DNA of 64,000 nt, taken from the NCBI GenBank assembly GCA_965113315.1, contig OZ220363.1. One strand, 5' to 3'. Below, in pieces: positions 1-11,200 of this stretch; the stretch's first letter is position 1; every line of letters begins with the position of its first letter. Both the position numbers and the translations under genes were made by a program. Origin of the DNA: Podarcis vaucheri. Taxonomy: Eukaryota. The notes beneath the pieces were generated by a model. The model was not told where the DNA came from. It searched no databases and saw nothing but the letters and a program-made list of their open reading frames with translations.

Positions 1-861
1 TCTCCAGCACTTGGTCATTTTGATGCTGCCAGCTGTCAAATATTGTCCAGTACTATACACTATTGCCTATGATTGAACTATCATTATCAAATATTTGCGG
101 TGGTATCCAATGCACATGTTCCATGAGTGAAAGGATTTCTACTTGCACACACTCCCCCCCCCTCTCCTCATCCCATGGTCACCTTCCCCAAATCCCTCCA
201 GGTCGGCAGGTAGGGGTATGGCAAGAGAAGAGGGAGGGGAAGTACTGTTGTGCAGCCAAAAGTCATTGCACTGGCAGAATGAGTGTGCTGAATACTGCCC
301 TTTACACCACTGGAATGACAGTTATTGAATATTATTAATAAAACACATTGGGTTGTATCCAATTAAACTTTAGAGTAGTCCCATTGAAATTAATGGACCT
401 ATATTAGTCATATCTATGAATTTTGGCATGTGTAGTCTGGGTCTACTATGCAAAACTCCTTAATCCTGCTATATTTTTTGTTGAATTACTTACGTTCTAT
501 GTACAAAGTCATAAATAATTTCTGGTTCCTTGGTTTATCCCACCTGTCTTAGTTTGTTTTTGTTTCGTTTAACATCTCCTCCAAGGCTGTATCAAGTGAT
601 TTTAACACGGGCTGCTGCACATACCTTTTCTGCCCCATTGACCCCCAGCAAATACTGTTAAATATTAAATACTATTGCATATCAGCTACCACGGCACAGT
701 TAAATAACAAATATTGTTTGGTGAATATTCAGCAAATTTCCAAGAATACCCTGTTAATAATAATAACAACAACGTAGTCCTGTAAATGCCTCTTTGGAAG
801 TAAGTCCCACCGAAACACATTTCAAGCTATGTGTGGACTGGATTATAGTCTAAGTGACATT

Positions 862-1179
862 AAGGATGTCACATAGAGGAGGGAGAAAGGTTGTTTTCTG
901 CTGCTCCGGAGAAGCGGACACGGAGCAATGGATCCAAACTACAAGAAAGAAGATTCCACCTAAACATTAGGAAGAACTTCCTGACAGTATGAGCTGTTCG
1001 ACAGTGGAATTTGCTGCCAAGGAGTGTGGTGGAGTCTCCTACTTTGGAGGTCTTTAAGCAGAGGCTTGACAACCATATGTCAGGAGTGCTCTGATGGTGT
1101 TTCCTGCTTGGCAGGGGGTTGGACTCGATGGCCCTTGTGGTCTCTTCCAACTCTATGATTCTATGATTCTATGATTCTA
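862..1179 (+). mobile_element. CR1 LINE 3' fragment (young)
   Basis: End of the RT ORF, 3' UTR and (ATTCTATG)n tail; ~98% identical to the copy at 47476-47788. Confidence 0.93.
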
Positions 1180-1452
1180 AGATTTGCAGAGGAGAATTGT
1201 GAGAGGGATTGTTTGAAGCAGTTGATTAGGCAGTTAATGGTCCAGATTATCATAATTTTCACCACATTATATGCATCGTAACAAATTCTTCTGATTTGCA
1301 TTGATTTCTGATTTACACTGAATCAAGCAGAGCCACTCAAGGCCACAGAGTCTGGGCATTCCCCTGCTAAAGTATTCTTGTGAGGTCCAAGCACTTCCAG
1401 GCACCTGGTTATGAAGCCTAAGCCTATGTATCTCCTCAGCCCGACAACCGCT

Positions 1453-1830
1453 TGTCACATGACAGATATTAAAATACCGGGATAGTCACTGGGCAACCTA
1501 GGCAACCCATTTACTGGATTTCCCAAGAGCACCTCTGGCTTGGACTTTTTGAATGCACATGCTAAACCCTCCTCATGGGGGGGTGGGAACACCTTAGCAA
1601 ATATTATATTAAAAGCCCCCAAAGTCATGACATGTGGGGGAATCATGCAGAACTGATATAGAGGCAATTTCTTCCTACACAATAAAGAGAGAATATCCAC
1701 CACTATTCCCACACCTGTACTGCACAAATAAGAGGGCTCACTTGATACAAAGTTTGAAAATGTCCCCACCCCCAGGACTGGAGCACTCAGGTTCGGAGCT
1801 GGTAAAACTTCATGGATAACTGGAGTTACA
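1453..1830. mobile_element. Candidate solo LTR
   Basis: TGTCAC...GTTACA ends; flanks CCGCT/CCCCT (5-bp TSD with 1 mismatch); AATAAA at 1681. Confidence 0.45.
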
Positions 1831-2017
1831 CCCCTACACAGCATTCAGGTGAATGCAAACCTAACCACGAACCAGCCAAGAAATAAGCACTGCGAAGAAG
1901 TAAGGCTAATCCCTGTTGCCCTATTGAGTATTTCCAGGTACCCAACCTGTAGCTTTCTGTGCATCAACTTCCAAATGGAAAACATTATTTCAAATCAAGA
2001 TGAAAAGAGATTGGTAC

Positions 2018-2238
2018 CTTTAAGGGTGGTTTAGCATCTGGGCATCCAGGTTGCTCAGTGGTGGTAGTGGTAGTGGCAATGGTAGTGGTGGGGGTGGGGG
2101 TTGTGACAACAACTGTTGGAGTGGGTTTTGGTGTTGTTAGTTTACATGGACCTTTGGATCTCTCAACAGAACATGTTTTACTACAAACAGCAGTGAAAAG
2201 GCAACCATCACTGTCTGTTTTATTGTAAATCGTATCAC
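2018..2238 (-). CDS. MUC5AC: Exon 32 ([23 protein letters not shown]...[11 protein letters not shown])
   Basis: ttttgtag| and AAG|gtacc; 221 nt, phase 1-0; homologous to the MUC5 post-PTS exon. Confidence 0.93.
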
Positions 2239-5200
2239 CTACAAAAGGGAATCAAAGAGTTAGACTGTAAATATTTCTAACATACAAAGTAGTAGCACAA
2301 AATAATGAAAGAATAATGAACAATGGGCTGTATTAAAGAAAGGAGGGTTTAGCAAAAATGTGGAAAAAAGATGCAAATGAATCCATAAGCAATATTATTT
2401 TTATAATTTTAAGTAAAAAATGATGTGCAAAGTCCATAGAAATCTACATTGGTTACTTACCACGTCTGTAAATGGTTTCATTAATCTTGCAGAAACAGGC
2501 AGTTGGTGTTACTGGTACTGTCGTGGTTGGTTTGGGAGTGGTGGTGGTGGTGGTTGTCGTTGTTGGCTGTGTTGTGGTGGTTTTGGGTGCTGTAGTTGTT
2601 ACTGGTGTCGTGGTGGTTGTTTCTGGAGCTGTAGTGGTGGGTTTGGGAGTGGTGGTGGTTGGGATGGTTGTAGGTGGGCAACGTGGGTTTACTTCACAGC
2701 ACAACACCCGTATCTCATAATTCAAGCACTGCCTGAATTTCCCAATTTGCTCATCATTCTTGCAAACCAGTCCAGAATCAACATTACACTCAACTTTCTG
2801 ACCAAGCTGGTCAAGGCGGAGGTCAGGGTGATTTTCAGCCCTGCACTGGATGTTTGATGGCTTGGCACAGATTTTCCCTCCTACAGCCCGGATTTTGTTA
2901 TACGTCTCAATGTCACCCCCGTTAGGTCCAGATGTGGGATAGTCAACATCAAACCAGCCGGTCCACTGACATATAGGTCCACAAGTTGTTGTTTCTGGAG
3001 AGGTGGTAGTCGTCTCGGTAGTGGTGGTGCTGACTGGCACAGTGGTTGTGGGCAAGGTGGTTGTGCTTACTGGCCGAGGTGTGGTGGTTGTCATTGTTGG
3101 TTGTGTTGTGGTGGTTTTGGGTACTGTAGTTGTTAATGGTGTTGTGGTTGTTGTTTCTGGAGCAGTAGTGGTTGGTTTGGGAGTGGTGGTGGTAGTGGTG
3201 GTTGGCTGTGTTGTGGTGGTTTTGGGCGCAGTAGTTGTTACTGGTGTGGTGGTGGTTGTTTCTGGAGCAGTAGTGGTTGGTTTGGGAGTGGTGGTGGTTG
3301 GGATGGTTGTAGGTGGGCAACGTGGGTTTACTTCACAGCACAACACCCGTATCTCATAATTCAAGCACTGCTTAAATTTCCCAATTTGCTCATCATTCTT
3401 GCACACCAGTCCAGAGTCAACATTACACTCGACAACTTGACCAACCTGGTCAAGGCGGAGGTCAGGGTCATTTTCAGCCCTGCACTGGATGTTTGATGGC
3501 TTGGCACAGATCTTCTCTCCTGCATCACGGATCTTGTTATATGTCTCAATGTCACCCCCATTTGGTCCAGAAGTGGGATAGTCAACATCAAACCAGTCGG
3601 TCCAGTGACATATAGGTCCACAAGTTGTTGTTTCTGGAGAGGTGGTAGTTGTCTCAGTTGTTGTGGTGGTGACTGGCACAGTGGTTGTGGGCAAGGTGGT
3701 TGTACTTACTGGCCGAGGTGTGGTGGTGGTGGTTGTCGTCGTCGTTGGTTGCGTTGTGGTGGTTTTTGGTGCTGTAGTTGTTACTGGTGTGGTGGTGGTT
3801 GTTTCTGGAGCTGTCGTGGTTGGTTTGGGAGTGGTGGTGGTTGGGATGGTTGTAGGTGGGCAACGTGGGTTTACTTCACAGCACAACACCCGTATCTCAT
3901 AATTCAAGCACTGCTTAAATTTCCCAATTTGCTCATCATTCTTGCACACCAGTCCAGAGTCAACATTACACTCGACAACTTGACCAACCTGGTCAAGGCG
4001 GAGGTCAGGGTCATTTTCAGCCCTGCACTGGATGTTTGATGGTTTGGCACAGATCTTCTCTCCTGCATCACGGATCTTGTTATATGTCTCAATGTCACCC
4101 CCGTTTGGTCCGGAAGTGGGATAGTCAACATCAAACCAGTCGGTCCAGTGACATATAGGTCCACAAGTTGTTGTTTCTGGAGAGGTGGTAGTCGTCTCAG
4201 TTGTTGTGGTGGTGACTGGCACAGTGGTTGTGGGCAAGGTGGTTGTACTTATTGGCCGAGGTGTGGTGGTGGTGGTGGTTGTCGTTGTTGGTTGTGTTGT
4301 GGTGGTTTTGGGTGCTGTAGTTGTTACTGTTGTGGTGGTGGTGGTTTCTGGAGCAGTAGTGGTTGGTTTGGGAGTGGTGGTGGTTGGGATGGTTGTAGGT
4401 GGGCAACGTGGGTTTACTTCACAGCACAACACCCGTATCTCATAATTCAAGCACTGCTTAAATTTCCCAATTTGCTCATCATTCTTGCACACCAGTCCAG
4501 AGTCAACATTACACTCGACCACTTGACCAACCTGATCAAGGCGGAGGTCAGGGTGATTTTCAGCCCTGCACTGGATGTTTGATGGTTTGGCACAGATCTT
4601 CTCTCCTGCATCACGGATCTTGTTATATGTCTCAATGTCACCCCCGTTTGGTCCGGAAGTGGGATAGTCAACATCAAACCAGTCGGTCCAGTGACATATA
4701 GGTCCACAAGTTGTTGTTTCTGGAGAGGTGGTAGTCGTCTCAGTTGTTGTGGTAGTGACTGGCACAGTGGTTGTGGGCAAGGTGGTTGTACTTACTGGCC
4801 GAGGTGTGGTGGTGGTGGTTGTCGTTGTTGGTTGTGTTGTGGTGGTTTTTGGTGCTGTAGTTGTTACTGGTTTGGTGGTGGTTGTTTCTGGAGCAGTAGT
4901 GGTTGGTTTGGGAGTGGTGGTGGTGGTTGTTGTTGGTTGCGTTGTGGTGGTTTTGGGTGCTGTAGTTGTTACTGGTGTGGTGGTGGTTGTTTCTGGAGCA
5001 GTAGTGGTTGGTTTGGGAGTGGTGGTGGTGGTGGTTGGCTGTGTTGTGGTGGTTTTGGGTGCTGTGGTTGTTACTGGTGTGGTGGTGGTTGTTTCTGGAG
5101 CTGCAGTGGTTGGTTTGGGAGTGGTGGTGGTGGTTGTGGTTGGCTGTGTTGTGGTGGTTTGGGGTGCTGTAGTTGTTATTGGTGTGGTTGTGGTTGTTTC

Positions 5201-8200
5201 TGGAGCTGTAGTGGTTGGTTTGGGAGTGGTGGTGGTTGGGATGGTTGTAGGTGGGCAACGTGTGTTTACTTCACAGCACAACACCCGTATCTCATAATTC
5301 AAGCACTGCCTGATTTTCCCAATTTGCTCATCATTCTTGCAAACCAGTCCAGACTCAACATTACACTCAACTTTCTGACCAACCTGGTCAAGGCTGAGGC
5401 CAGGGTGATTTTCAGCCCTGCACTGGATGTTTGATGGCTTGGCACAGATCTTCCCTCCTGCAGCCCGGATCTTGTTATACGTCTCAATGTCACCCCCGTT
5501 AGGTCCAGATGTGGGATAGTCAACATCAAACCAGTCGGTCCACTGACATATAGGTCCACAAGTTGTTGTTTCTGGAGAGGTGGTAGTCGTCTCGGTAGTT
5601 GTTGTGGTGACTGGTACAGTGGTCGTGGGCAAGGTGGTTGTGCTTACTGGCCGAGGTGTGGTGGTTGGTGTCGTTGTTGGCTGTTTTGTAGTGGTTTTGG
5701 GTTCTGTAGTTGTTACTGGTGTGGTGGTGGTTGTTTCTGGAGCTGTAGTGGTTGGTTTGGGAGTGGTGGTGGTGGTGGTTGTCGTTGTTGGCTGTGTTGT
5801 AGTGGTTTTGGGTGCTGTAGTTGTTACTGGTGTCGTGGTGGTTGTTTCTGGAGCTGTAGTGGTGGGTTTGGGAGTGGTGGTGGTTGGGATGGTTGTAGGT
5901 GGGCAACGTGGGTTTACTTCACAGCACAATACCCGTATCTCATAATTCAAGCACTGCCTGATTTTCCCAATTTGCTCATCATTCTTGCAAACCAGTCCAG
6001 AATCAACATTACACTCAACTTTCTGACCAACCTGGTCAAGGCTGAGGTCAGGGTGATTTTCAGCCCTGCACTGGATGTTTGATGGCTTGGCACAGATCTT
6101 TCCTCCTGCAGCCCGGATCTTGTTATATGTCTCAATGTCACCCCCGTTAGGTCCAGATGTGGGATAGTCAACATCAAACCAGTCAGTCCACTGACATATT
6201 GGTCCACAGGTTGTTGTTTCTGGAGAGGTTGTAGTCGTCTCAGTTGTTGTGGTGGTGACTGGCACAGTGGTTGTGGGCAAGGTGGTTGTGCTTACTGGCC
6301 GAGGTGCGGTGGTGGTGGTGGTTGTCGTTGTTGGTTGTGTTGTGGTGGTTTTTGGTGCTGTAGTTGTGACTGGTGTTGTGGTTGTTGTTTTTGGAGCAGT
6401 AGTGGTTGGTTTGGGAGTGGTGGTGGTTGTTGTTGGTTGCGTTGTGGTGGTTTTGGGTGCTGTAGTTGTTATTGGTGTGGTGGTGGTTGTTTCTGGAGCT
6501 GTAGTGGTTGGTTTGGGAGTGGTGGTGGTTGTCGTTGTTGGTTGTGTTGTGGTGGTTTTGGGCGCAGTAGTTGTTACTGGTGTGGTGGTGGTTGTTTCTG
6601 GAGCAGTAGTGGTTGGTTTGGGAGTGGTGGTGGTTGGGATGGTTGTAGGTGGGCAACGTGTGTTTACTTCACAGCACAACACCCGTATCTCATAATTCAA
6701 GCACTGCCTGATTTTCCCAATTTGCTCATCATTCTTGCAAACCAGTCCAGACTCAACATTACACTCAACTTTCTGACCAACCTGGTCAAGGCTGAGGCCA
6801 GGGTGATTTTCAGCCCTGCACTGGATGTTTGATGGCTTGGCACAGATCTTGCCACCCGCATCTCGGATGTTGTTATACGTCTCAATGTCACCCCCATTAG
6901 GTCCAGAAGTGGGATAGTCAACATCAAACCAGTCGGTCCACTGACATATAGGTCCACAAGTTGTTGTTTCTGGAGAGGTGGTAGTCGTCTCAGTTGTTGT
7001 GGTGACTGGTACAGTGGTTGTGGGCAAGGTGGTTGTGCTTACTGGCCGAGGTGTGGTGGTTGGTGTCGTTATTGGCTGTTTTGTAGTGGTTTTGGGTTCT
7101 GTAGTTGTTACTGGTGTGGTGGTGGTTGTTTCTGGAGCTGTAGTGGTTGGTTTGGGAGTGGTGGTGGCACTGGTGGTTGTCACCATTGTAGTCCTTTCTG
7201 GTGTCATTCTAGGCAAAGTCGTGCTTACTACCACAGGTGTGGTTGTTGCTTTTGTTGTTGTGATGACACTGGTGGTTGTTTCCGTTGTTTGTGTTGTGGT
7301 GGTTTGCAATTTTGTAGTTGTTGCTGGCTTCGTTGTTGTAACTTCAGCTGTCGGCTTAGTTTTCGGTGTTTCAGGTTTTGTAGTAATTAATGGTGTTGTC
7401 CTTGTTGTGACTTTTGTTGTTTGTAGAGGTTTAGTTGTGACTGATGTTGTTCCATTTAGTAGCGGTGCTTTTGATGGCTGTGTAGTTGTCTGAGTTCGTG
7501 TAATAATAGTCTTTTCTTTGGTAGTAGTTATTGGTGTTGATGCTGTTGTGGTTGTTTTGCTGGTGGTCGTTGTTTGTGAGGTTGTAGTTAAAGGCTTTGT
7601 AGTTGTTAGCGGTCTGGTTGTTGGACATGGTACAATTATTTTTTCACAGCATTCAATTCTTATCTCATAATTATAGCAAATTGGTGGGAGTTGTTCTTTG
7701 TTGTAACATATGAGTCCTTCTGTTTTACTACAAGTAACTTTTTGCTCTAATTCATTTAGTGGTGTATCAGGATATCTTTCTGCTCTGCATTCAACATTTT
7801 TTGGTGCCTTACAGACTTTGTATCCTTTGGCTCTTATATTCTTAAATGTATCAAAATCTCCATCATCTGGTGCGGATCCTGGGTAACTTATATCATACCA
7901 CTGTGACCATTCACAAACTTCCTTAGTGCATTGTTCAGGTGTCGAAGGGGCTGTTGTTGAAATTGTTGTCGTTTCTAAACTTTTTGTTGTCTCTGGAACA
8001 GTTGTTACTGTTGTTGGTGACTGTGTTGTAGTTGGAGGTGTTGTGGTTAGTGTTGTTGCTTCAGAAGTAGTTGACACTGTGGTTGTACCTTTTGTTGTAA
8101 TTTGTGAGGTTGTTGATGTAGTTGTTGACACAGCTGGATGTGTTGTTTCTTTTGTTGTGGGTGTGGTTATAATTTTAGTTGTAGAAGGTGTTGTTTCAGT

Positions 8201-11200
8201 TGTAGTTTCTGGAATTGTAGTGGATGTTGTGGCTGTAGTAGTTGTGGTTGTAGATTTAGTAGTAGAAGGTGTGGTTGTGACTGTTGTTGTTTTTGGCTTA
8301 GTTGTCACTATTGATGTAGATGTTGTTTCTGGAGTTGTACTAGTAACTGTGGTAGTTACTGAAACAGTGCTTGTGCTTGCTGTTGTAGTTTCTGGAGTGG
8401 TGGTTAAGCAGTCAGTATAACAGCAGTATACTTTGATCTGATAGTTATAACACATCTGCAAGATTCCTGACTGTTCTTCATTTTTGCAGACAAAGCCAAA
8501 TGTCACATTGCACTGAACAGTTTGTCCAATTTCATCAATAGATTTCTCTGGATATTTCTCTGCCCTGCATTCTATACGTTCAGGTTTTTGGCATATATCT
8601 TTTCCTGCAGCCTTAATGATGTCGTATGTTTCAAAATCCCCTTTGTTGTCCAAAGTGGGAAAGTGCACATCGTACCATTCAGTCCATTTACATGTGAGTT
8701 TACAAGGTGTTGACCGTGGTATTTCTGTTGTGGTTGCTGGGGTTGTAGTTGAGATGCTAGTTGTTTCGGTTACTACAGTTGTGGTAGGTGGTAGCTTTGG
8801 TGTTGTTACAGGAGTAGGAGTTGTTACAGGAAGAGTAGTTGGTGTTGTTGTGTGCGTAGTCCCAGGTGTCGATGCAGTAATGCCACATGGTTCAAAGCTA
8901 CAACACTGGATTTTGATTTGATAATTGTGGCAGCTCATTGGATGCTGATCCTTGTTGTAACAGATTAGCCCCACTGTTTTACTGCATTCTACTTTCTGGC
9001 CCAGTTCACTTAATGGAGTATTGGGAAATTTCTCAGCTCTGCAGGCAACGGCCCTTGGAGCTCTGCAGACTTTATATCCTTCTGCTCGTAGTTTTTCAAA
9101 AGTATCAAAATCTCCATCATCATCTCCAGAGCCAGGCTGGCTCACATCATACCACTGTGACCACTGGCATACTTCCTGAACACAAACGGATGTTGTTACA
9201 GGCACTGTGAGGGTAAAAAGATAAAATGGCACATTAGTATTTTCATGCTTATTTAAACTTTTAAATATTAAGCATGTACAGTAGAAGCTGTGTGTAAGAA
9301 GGAAGTTTCCTTGAGGCTCTTCTAGACTGCCACCATTTCCAGGCGGGATTCAGTCACATACCAGCAAATTCATTTGGTGCAATTGATTTGGTGCTCTTGA
9401 GCAACAAACTCACTCCCTTCTAAAACTGAGTTACTTGCAAATGAGACTGGGAAATGCCCTGGAAAAGGGTGGGATAACATTGGCTCGAAACCGTGTTATC
9501 TAACCTCCCTGGCAAACAAATCAGAATGGATGCTCAAGAAACAGGTGGTTTGGAAGCAACCTTTGAGGGTTTAACTAAATCAGTTCATCCGAGCCATCTG
9601 GACTGAACCAATCCATTGGACCCCTCTGGAACTAGTTGCTGAGTAACACAGGCTTTTAAATATCTCTATTTCCTTTTGTAAGAACAAAATGTAAAATCAA
9701 AATGTTCGAGTGAGGAAATGAGAAGGAAAAGTGATATGGGCTGCTGGGACTGGAGCTCCTCAGAGACCTGAATCAAGAAACTGGGTAGCAGCTGATTGAG
9801 ATAGGAGGAAAACTGAACGAAGCACATATGAGATGGGTGGGAGCACTATGAATGAACAGGGTACTGCAAGTTGCCCAGAAATTAGTCAAGGAGAACCTGG
9901 AGTGAAGCACCTCCATTTTTCTCCTCAGCTCTTTGGGAGATTGGAAACACATCACAGGAGGGACCACAGCTTATTGGCTTACTTAAAAGCATCCTATATA
10001 CATTTACTTACAAGTAGTTCTTCACACAAGTAAAAAATGCTTATTGTTTTCTAAAATATTTCATTGAAAGATTTAAACTACAGAGTCACAGGTCATATTT
10101 TGCATTGCTGGAGCTGGAGAGGTAGCCCTCTCATCCGGGCTTCCCAGAAAACACCCATCCCTTCCTAGATTGATTGGAATGGCTGGTATTCATTTCCACC
10201 AGCTCAGAAAATGCTAAGGGTAAAAACGCTCATGCAGTACCATTCCAGGAGTACCATTCCAGGAGGCAGAACTATGTCTCCGCCATAGCAATGTACCATA
10301 CAGCTATGCAAAAGGTGGTAAAGAAACTACAGAAATCCACAGACAACGTTGCAGGGTAATGCTCTTGAAATTTATACTCTACTACAATCTACTAATTCCA
10401 ATGTGCTGGAGATGGGTTTCACTGAACAGGGTAGGGAGGGAGTGAACCATATGATTGCACTATCATCAGAGTTTTTACCTGCAGTAGTGGTTGCTGGTGA
10501 AGAGGTACTGGAAAAGTTAAAGACGGTAGTGGTTGGTGCAGTGGTGGTGGTGGTGGTGGTTGTGGTGGGTGTTGTTGTGCATGGGAAGATATTCCTCTCT
10601 ATTGTTCCATTCTTACTGCAAATCGCAGTGATGCACCCTCCAATGCCATCTGTTGTGTTGTAGATGACATCCCCCGGCTTGCTAATCTTCCCTTCATAGA
10701 TGCAGTGGCATTCTGTCATTCAAAAGAAATTGTCAGCATTAAACTTCTTAAAATGTAAAAGGCTGTTCCAAATCACTCACAATTCATATTAAAACTTAGC
10801 ACTGAGAACATACCAAGTTCATCATATCGACACTCTGGTTTGCCAGCCATGGAACAATAGCTAAAAGGAAAGAAAACACATTTGAAGGTAGTTAATTTTC
10901 TTTAGTGAGCAAAGAAGACACTAACAGCCCTCCTTATATTAGTTGTTGGCATCCATCTGCCTCAAGAGACAATGGAGTGTGTCCTCAGGGGCATATACAA
11001 CCAGTATAAAAGAATGTCTATGGAGGTGAAATTCTGAATAAACTACTACACTTGGATTGAGAAAGCAATTTTAGGCTTTGACTCTAATTGGTTTTACTCA
11101 TTTACTCAGAACTAAATTCCATGACATCCAGTGGCAGATTGTGATCTACTGGTAGATCATTGAACGTCTGTGGTAGATCACTGTCAGATCACGGGCTCCC

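Noticed and set aside
1-2017. Exon 33 (pre-D4) inside the window
   Set aside because: I found no convincing Cys-rich frame with splice sites; it probably lies left of position 1.
2481-6957. Minus-strand His/Asn-rich and 'MDLYV...' ORFs
   Set aside because: Alternative frames of exon 31.
2420-8921. Plus-strand Val-rich and Cys/Gly/Trp-rich ORFs resembling keratin-associated or membrane proteins
   Set aside because: These are antisense shadows of ACN-rich Thr repeats, which rarely create stop codons; they repeat in register with the mucin units and have no independent gene signals.
2453-9232. The 2,259-aa ORF as a standalone gene
   Set aside because: It is an internal exon with an acceptor at 9205 and a donor at 2460; the listed start lies in the intron.
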